NCBI GenBank assembly: GCA_951406725.2
Contig: OX597827.1
Coordinates: 12,276,001 to 12,340,000, forward strand
Direction of reading: 5' to 3'
Length of the DNA stretch: 64,000 nucleotides
Origin: Octopus vulgaris
Taxonomy: Eukaryota
The notes beneath the pieces were generated by a model, which made no database searches, was not told the origin of the DNA, and saw only the letters and a program-made list of their open reading frames with translations. The position numbers and the translations under genes are program-made. Positions 55,626-64,000 of the stretch are shown here, piece after piece. Each line of letters begins with the position of its first letter. Within the stretch, counting starts at the first letter, position 1.

Positions 55626-55877
55626 AAAATCATGTTTCTTTTTTTCTTGGTTCATCTACTTATGCAAACTACATGTACAGTAACTAATAGTTTTAAAGCA
55701 GTTGTAGTATGTTCATAAATATAAAGAAAATGTAAAATGGAATGGGGAATAATTAATTTGTGACAGGTAGAACTTGCATCCAAGAGAACAATCAACAATA
55801 GCTCCCATTTGTAGGTCCACTCAGTTCTGGGTGATGCAATTTTTTTCATCATAGAATTACAGAAAGTTGATGCCATT

Positions 55878-56292
55878 GTATGTAGGTGCATTACGGTAGG
55901 AGGAGAGGGTGGGAGGATGGGAGGATGGGAGGAGAGGGGTGGGTGGATGGAAAGAGAGGGGTAGGAGGAAGAGAGGGTGGAGAAGGGAAGGGAGGAGGAG
56001 AGGTTGAAGGAGAAGAAGAGGAGGAGGAAGAAGAAGTGGAGGAAGATGAAGAAGGGGAAGAGGAAGAAGCGAAGGAAAAAGAGAAAGTAGTAGAGGAGGA
56101 AGAAGAAGAGGAGGAAGAAGAAGGGGAGGAAGAAGAAGGGGAAGAGGAAGAAGTGAAGGAAAAAGAGAAAGTAGTTGAGGAGGAGGAAGAGGAAGAAGAA
56201 GTGGAGGAAGACGAAGAGGAGAAAAAAGAAGGGGAAGAGGAAGAAGAAGGGGAGGAAGAAGAAGGGGAAGAGGAAGAAGGGGAGGAAGAGGA
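55878..56292. repeat. polypurine (GAG/GAA)n tract with higher-order repeats
   Basis: direct reading; GAAGGAAAAAGAGAAAGTAGT occurs twice. Confidence 0.92.
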
Positions 56293-57457
56293 GCTGACAT
56301 TGATATTGTTGATAACTATGATTACAAGTCAAGTTAAAACACCTATGTGAATTTATTATTCCCTTCATTCACAAAACTCTTCTTCGCTTCACCTTCAAAA
56401 AGACAAAAACACAAAACACACACATACAAACACACACAAAAAAAAATAAAAGAATGAAATACTGTTGCACTATCCATTAGCTCTTAATACATTTCTTTTA
56501 GATCTTTGTGAAGGCCAATATTTGAAACCGAGATACAGTTGTGATTTCTGTCCTTCAAACAGACTTGCTCGGTATGGTCACTGGAATATGATACGGCGAT
56601 CTTTATCCCATTTGCTAGTTCTTTCTTCAATACATTATTGATCACCCGGTATTTCTGCATTTCAACAACAATGCTAAACCCCCAGCACTTTGTTGCATCT
56701 CACCCATTGAATGAGGTGATGCCAAATATTTCCCATAAATCATTTTCACCAAATTCCTTTAACCAGAACATCATGACATATAACTGTGAAAGCATTCTAA
56801 CCATTATTTCAAGATCTTCTCATGATTCTATTACCATTTTTCCTGCTGCTGCTGCTGCTGATGATGATGATGCTAATGCTGATGATGATGCTGATGTTGC
56901 AGCTGCTGTCTGTTATCATTTCTAATGTGTGTCTTTGCAACATCTAATCTTATAACAGCTGTACGAAGATTACTGTCTTTCTCTCAGGTAATAGGACTGG
57001 CTAAACAGATTATGAATCCACAGATATACTCAAATATAGCTTCTCTTAGATTTGTATAAGCTGAATATTTTTTTATTGACACTTATATGGTAATATCCCA
57101 ACTTGTATGGCTAAATCATATTTTTTATTAAGCATCGCAAATGTTTTTTACAAACTATTCCGACAAAAAAAACAAAAAAATGTAACCATATTTTTTTGAA
57201 TCTTTTTTTTCCTTTCTTTTTAGTCATTATTTGAAATATAAATAATCAACTGATTGAACCATACACACACACACACACACATATTAACATATATACACAC
57301 ACACACATATATATATATATGTATGTATGTAAGTATGCATGTATGTATGTATGTATGTATGTATGTATGTATGTATGTACGTATGTATGTATGTAAGTAT
57401 GTATCGATGTATGTATGTATGTGTGTATATATATATACATACATGTATGTGTATATA

Positions 57458-57536
<79 letters not shown>

Positions 57537-57936
57537 ATATGTATGTACGTATGTATACACACACATCTGTGTGTCCATACTATCATTGTATTTAGTCTGT
57601 TTTCATGAGAAAAATCAAAACACCCATAGAAATGTGCTCTAGAATTATCTCTGCTCCGTTGTATCAAACTAGGAAGGAAGGATATATGCTTCCTGAATCT
57701 ACACAGTTAATCATAGTTATATTCATGTATAATGTCAACCATACAAGTATATGTTTTTATACACACATACACACACACACACACACACTTATTATATACA
57801 TTCACACATTTATATATGTCTATAATACATAAATGCATACATATAATATATATCATATATATATATATATACATACACCCATACACATACACACATATCT
57901 ACACACATACATTATATATCTACGCATATATATCTA

Positions 57937-58056
<120 letters not shown>

Positions 58057-58956
58057 AACATATATATATATATATATACATATATATAATAACAGCTTTT
58101 AGTATAAAAATGTGATTTGGAATGTTGGGGATTTTTATGAATTTTCTTTCCTTTTTTTACCATTCATGGACCCATTTCTTTTGTATTTGACATGTTGGCA
58201 AATGTGGTCATTTGCTTGTATCTTTTATACTGAAATACTCTATCGAAAGTCAACCTTTGTGTTTATATTGTGAAGTGTTTTCTGAGAAATATGTTATATT
58301 GCTAATCTATAAATTACTTTGGATAGAGCAGTCCACTGGAAAAATTACACGATGAATGTCCGCATTTGCTTGGATCTTTTATGCTAGAATACTCTATCTA
58401 AAGTTAACCTTTGTACGTTTTATTATGGAGTGTTTTCTGAAAAAATATATTATATCTCCAAGCATAAAGATACAATATTTAGTACAGAGAAAGAAAAAAA
58501 AAAAAGGATTCAAGGCAATAAGTGTAACTCCTTAATTATCATATCTTTACAATCTATAATATTGATGGTTTCTTTACTAGCTATAAGGGCATTTGAAAAT
58601 GGAGGTATTGAATGGATGGGAGCAAAGCATAGAAAGGAGATGGATTGGACAATTTTAACATGAAATTATTTAAATTATTGATTAAAAAGACAATATTATA
58701 AAATAATGAATGAGTAACTGAAAAAATGCCATAAAGAAAGCAGCCACACAGACTACATCAAGGCTTTCTGCAAACCACAGACATCACTCTCCGCTAAAGA
58801 TTAATGTTTTCTGTCTATCTAAAGTTTATGATTAAAAATATAATCATCAACGACAAACAAAAAAAAAAAAGCGGTATCTCACTAGAATGTTTTTAATCAT
58901 AGGACTGCTTGCTCTGGATTAAACCTGGAGCCTATGTTAAATATAGGCAGAATAAT

Positions 58957-59024
<68 letters not shown>

Positions 59025-59077
59025 TAATAATAATGATAATAATGATAATGATAATAATAATGATAATAATAATGATA

Positions 59078-59130
<53 letters not shown>

Positions 59131-59405
59131 TATGATGATGATGATGATGATGATTTCAAATTTTGACCCAAGGCCAGCAATTTCGAGGGAGGGAGCTAGA
59201 TGATCACATCAACCCCAGTACTTGACTGGTACTTATTTTATATCTACCCCAAAAGGACGAAAAGTAAAGTCAACCTCAGTGGAATTTGAACTCAGAACAT
59301 GCAAACTAATGAAATGCTGCTTAGCATTTTTGTCTGGTGTGCTAAAGATCCTGTCAGCTTGGTGCTTTAATCATCATCATCATCATCATCGTGATAGTAA
59401 TAATC

Positions 59406-59456
<51 letters not shown>

Positions 59457-59751
59457 GTAATAGAATTCATGCTTCCAGACTATCTATGACTGGATGACAC
59501 GAAGGGAACTCAAAGAAAAACTAGATGCTGCTGTTAAAGAGGCACAGAAGTATAAAAGAGGACTTAGATGTAAATGGTAATGCCATAGCGGCAATGCCAA
59601 CAGAAGCACCAAAACAACAAACAAAAGGCTAAAAAAATGAAAACTTGAAAAATCTTATAAACTAATGGCAAGAGAAACCACTCCATGGTCAGTATCCCAA
59701 ATGAACAAAGGAAGTAGATATAAATAAAGAAAGAACACATCAGTGGCTATG

Positions 59752-59960
59752 TATTGGGTTGTCCAGAAAGTTCATGCCGATTTATAGTAGCTTACCTTTC
59801 GACTAACCCTCCCAGGCACCTCAATTCTAGGAAGAGGGTATTTTCAAGTTAAAAAGAAAGTTTGTGCAACAAAATGGTTCATATTTGGTTGATTAAAAAA
59901 TGTAATGGCAAGTATTTATTGACCTTTTTCTTTCCTTTAAAAACCGGCACGAACTTTCCA
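59752..59960. mobile_element. mariner-type MITE nested in the Dong LINE
   Basis: TATTGGGTTGTCCAGAAAGTTCATGCCG and partial right TIR CGGCACGAACTTTCC. Confidence 0.72.
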
Positions 59961-60173
59961 TAGAAACTGAAGGTTTTAAAATGGCAGCTCAGTAGCAATC
60001 TCTACACACGGCAAACTATCAAACAAATGTTGTCTGCAGTGGTGCTGACCCAAACTGCAGACTGTAATAATGGTATTGAAATCATTGACCACATTGTGGC
60101 GGCTGCTTTAAAGTCTTAAAGACCAAGTACAAAACTGGACATGACAGAATAAGGCAGTAGCTACATTAGAATA

Positions 60174-60590
60174 TATTTCTTTACTACCCACAAGGGGCTA
60201 AACACAGAGGGGACAAACAAGGACAGACAAACGGATTAAGTCGATTACATCGACCCCAGTACGTAACTGGTACTTAATTTATCGACCCCGAAAGGATGAA
60301 AGGCAAAGTCGACCTCGGCGGAATTTGAACCCAGAACGTAACGGCAGACAAAATACCTATTTCTTTACTACCCACAAGGGGCTAAACACAAAGGGGACAA
60401 ACAAGGACAGACAAACGGATTAAGTCGATTACATCGACCCCAGTACGTAACTGGTACTTAATTTATCGACCCCGAAAGGATGAAAGGCAAAGTCGACCTC
60501 GGCGGAATTTGAACCCAGAACGTAACGGCAGACGAAATACCGCTAAGCATTTCGCCCGGTATGCTAACGTTTCTGCCAGTTCGCCGCCTT
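60174..60590 (-). mobile_element. SINE family B dimer nested in the Dong LINE
   Basis: two almost identical units of about 184 bp joined at AAATACCTATTTC. Confidence 0.92.
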
Positions 60591-60884
60591 GCCATTATGA
60601 CATTCCTCTTCCTAAAAACTGGTATGAACACCACCTGAGAAACCAGTCACAGAGAACTATTCTCTGGGACTTTACCATCGATACTTACAGACAGATAAAT
60701 ACCAAAAGACCTGGTATTATTACGAAAGACCATCAACAAAATGTCTGCTATGTAATTATCTGATCAAAATATCCCAATCTAAGAATTCAAAAAGTTAGGC
60801 TAAATACAAGGACCTAGAGATAGAAATCAACAGAATGTGGAAACTGAAAACAGTTACTCTAATGGTGGAGGGGTTGTGAAGGGG

Positions 60885-60924
60885 TTGTGGTGGCGGTGGC
60901 AGCAGCAGCAGCAGCAACAGCCAC

Positions 60925-60998
<74 letters not shown>

Positions 60999-61003
60999 TA
61001 GTG

Positions 61004-61059
<56 letters not shown>

Positions 61060-61195
61060 GGTGGTGGTGGTGGTGGTGGTGGTGGTGGTAGTAGTAGTAG
61101 TAGTGGTGGTGGTGGTGGTGGTGGTGGTGGTAGTAGTAGTAGTAGCAGTGGTGGTGGTGGTGGTGGTGGTAGTGGTAGTAGTAGTAGTAGAAGTA

Positions 61196-61236
<41 letters not shown>

Positions 61237-61282
61237 TGTGGTGGTTGTGGTGGTGGTAGTGGTGGTGGTAGTAGTGGTGGTG

Positions 61283-61313
<31 letters not shown>

Positions 61314-61333
61314 CAGTAGTAATAGTAGTAGTA
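60885..61333. repeat. (GTA/GTG)n expansion inside the Dong endonuclease region
   Basis: LINE frame resumes with GMVKKG after the tract. Confidence 0.92.
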
Positions 61334-61863
61334 GGCATGGTTAAAAAAGGATCTTCAGTTTTCCTTGGTAATACATCAGGAAAATTAAATATACACATGA
61401 TGTCCGAAAGATTGCTCTAACTTCAACAGCTGAACTCTTGAGAAAATTCCTATCATTCTAACATATTTATTAGCCTTTAGGTTTTAAGGGGAGACCCTAC
61501 AAGTAAATGGAATGCCCTGAAATCAAGCCTAAATATAAAATATAATAATGATAATAATAATGATGCTGATGGTGGGAGCTGCAATGGTGACTATGATGAA
61601 GATGATAACAACAGCAAGAACAATAATAATAATAATAATAATGCTGTTAGCAAACTTAGAAATATGGAAAGATTTGTTCTATGGACAAAGTTATGACCAA
61701 AACACATTGTGAAAAATTATACAAAATTTATAAACCACAAGAAACAATGAGATATAAACAAACTAAAATAGCACAACAGAACCTAGCTTCCCCCCAAAAT
61801 ACGTAAGACCCCATTCAAAATATATAAAAGGGACACAACAGAATCAATCATATCAAGTGAATA

Positions 61864-62164
61864 TCTTTATATATAAAAGTGAAGTTGTGTGCTGTCTGTC
61901 TCCTACGATTTAGATTCCTAACTACTCCCACATTTTGCGGTGCAGTTTAACCAAAACCGGGTATCTTATAGTCGTGATTCATATCGAGCCCTTCTGGGTA
62001 TTAGTGCACGTCTATGATGAGTCTACGATTAAAAAAAAATTTACCATAATTTTTTTCCCATTTTTAATGATTTTTTTGCTATTATATAAGGAAAGTAACT
62101 CTCTAAAAATGCTTATATAGTTATTTCCCTTACAAACCCGAGCAACGCCGGGCGATACTGCTAG
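61864..62164 (+). mobile_element. non-autonomous Helitron
   Basis: inserted between A and T; 5' TCTTTATATATAAAA; subterminal hairpin CCCGAGCAACGCCGGG at 62137-62152; 3' CTAG. Confidence 0.9.
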
Positions 62165-62280
62165 TAATATATGAAAACCCAAACCAAAGTGAAATTATCA
62201 CAGAGCTGTCCACAAAAGAAATAAACAGCAATGGTAAAGCAAATGTAAAACATCTATTGGGAGACGTGAGCTGAAACATA

Positions 62281-62683
62281 TTCTTTTATTCTTTTATTCT
62301 TTTATTCTTTTACTTGTTTCAGTCATTTGACTGCGGCCATGCTGGAGCACTGACCCCAGGACTTATTCTTTGTAAGCCCAGTACTTATTCTATCGGCCGC
62401 TTTTGCCGAACCGCTAAGTTACGGGGACGTAAACACACCAGCATCGGTTGTCAAGCGATGTGGGTGGGTGACAAATAAATACAAACACACACACATACAT
62501 ATATATATATATACATATATACGGCGGGCTTCTTTCAGTTTCCGTCTACCAAATCCACTCACAAGGCTTTGGTCGGCCCGAGGCTATAGTAGAAGACACT
62601 TGCCCAAGGTGCCACACAGTGGGACTGAACCCAGAACCATGTGGCTGGTAAGCAAGCTACTTACCACACAGCCACTCCTGCGC
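62281..62683 (-). mobile_element. SINE family A, full length
   Basis: similarity to family A. Confidence 0.92.
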
Positions 62684-63433
62684 ATATAAGACAAACACTG
62701 TAGGAATGCTTCACAAAATACACAAGTTCAACAAAAACATGTCCTCAGGCCTATATCTAATAAGAAACAGAATATTAAAAAAAAAACACTATCACCACCA
62801 AGATCCACTAGAACAGATAGTGAGGTTGACCAGATTGAAGCAATGACAAAATAGAAAAACTGTAAAGAACATCACAAATTCTATAAACAAGAATCAATGA
62901 AAAAGTCTCTCCGAACTACGAAGGAATAAACAGCTCAGTGAATGAAGGAATAAATAAAATAAGTATAATAGAACCCTTCAAGTATTTTATATTCATGACA
63001 ACAGAGTGTCTGAAAATTGACAGACTGAATAATCTGATCTGCTCTGTAGCTGTAATGATATTAAGAGAATGTTGGCTCAAGTCTAACAGGAAAAAAAGCC
63101 CCAGCCAAGCCCTAGACCCCAAAATGTAAAGGAAAAAATAGCACAAAAAAAATAATTGGAAAAACAATGGAAAGACTTATTCTAATTCTGTGAACTGGAA
63201 GAAAACGAATGCAATGTGAAAAAAACAGAAAAAAACAGGATTTAGGTGTGGCTGTGTAGAAGTTTGCTTTCTAGCACATGGTTCCAGGTTCAGTTCAACT
63301 GAATGACACATCAGGCAAGTGTTTTGTACTATAGCAATCAGGCCAACCAAATACTTGTGAGTGTATTTAGGGGATAGAAACTGAAAGAAGCTGGTTGTAT
63401 ACATGTATGTATGTATGTATGTATGTATGTATT

Positions 63434-63488
<55 letters not shown>

Positions 63489-63520
63489 CTCTCTCTATAT
63501 ATATATATATGCATGTATAT

Positions 63521-63552
<32 letters not shown>

Positions 63553-64000
63553 TTGTATATGCATATGTGTGTGTACCTTTGCCCAGACATATGATGGTTG
63601 TGAATGAGCATCATCATCATCATGCAAGAGAGGTTGTACATTTCCATTCTTCTATGGAAAACATGTCGAGCTATTGGAAAGTATTAGCTTACTTGGAGAC
63701 AGGTAAGGGTTGGCAACAGAAAGTTCATCAACCCAGAGGAAACCTGCAGAAATAAGTTTCGTCTGACCCATGCAAGTATGAGAAAGGAAATACTAAATGT
63801 TGATGATGATGGTGGTGGTGGTGGTGGCAGTGGTGGTGGTGGTGGTGGTAGGGTAGTGGTGGCGATGATGACAACAACAACGATGAAGAAGATGAGAAGG
63901 ACAATGGGGAAGAAGAGAAGGATGAGGAGGAGGAAGAGGAGGAAGGGGAGGAAGAGGGTCTTTCTATATGAAATATGAAAAGTTCAAGCCTGGTGCATAC

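Larger units (their letters stand above)
59465..61545 (+). mobile_element. decayed R4/Dong-clade (RLE) LINE in (TAA)n, with nested insertions
   Basis: WQEKPLHGQYP, THQWL, ETEGFKMAAQ, CRL...IDHIV (zinc-knuckle region), WYEH, ILWDFTIDT...KRPGI, KYKDLEIEINRMW, STAELLRKFL*; (AAT)n on both flanks. Confidence 0.88.
61640..63180 (+). mobile_element. possible N-terminal relic of a second R4/Dong-like LINE
   Basis: weak motifs QQNLA, LNNLICSVAV, WKDL; follows an (AAT)n tract; interrupted by a Helitron and a SINE A. Confidence 0.3.

Noticed and set aside
55886-56350. 154-aa Glu-rich ORF and 238-aa Phe/Leu-rich antisense ORF
   Set aside because: Polypurine low-complexity tract; no splice context or unique coding sequence

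Overview
AT-rich, microsatellite-saturated animal genomic DNA with no protein-coding host gene that I can support; the SINE repertoire and repeat style point to a coleoid cephalopod, most likely Octopus (inference, not verifiable here). Nearly all ORFs in the track are translations of (TA)n, (CA)n, (GATA)n, (AAT)n and (GTA)n tracts. The window is a transposon graveyard: about five SINE families, decayed CR1-like, RTE and R4/Dong LINEs, a decayed Chapaev3-type transposase, mariner, piggyBac and hAT MITEs, and a non-autonomous Helitron. The main unannotated signal is a set of short non-coding inserts, mostly sitting in (TA)n tracts. Eight of them carry type-I hammerhead ribozyme cores (CUGAnGA...GAAA...UH), ranging from intact (20847-20939, minus) to decayed or atypical, and several are long foldbacks. 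One hammerhead abuts a tRNA-like Pol III head. The pattern fits Penelope-like (PLE) pseudo-LTR relics or non-autonomous ribozyme retroelements. Also seen: one SINE head with three different tails, three SINE-LINE tail pairs, a self-inserting SINE that forms multimers, and a microhomology-flanked templated insertion. Family letters A-E are my own labels and coordinates were counted by eye.
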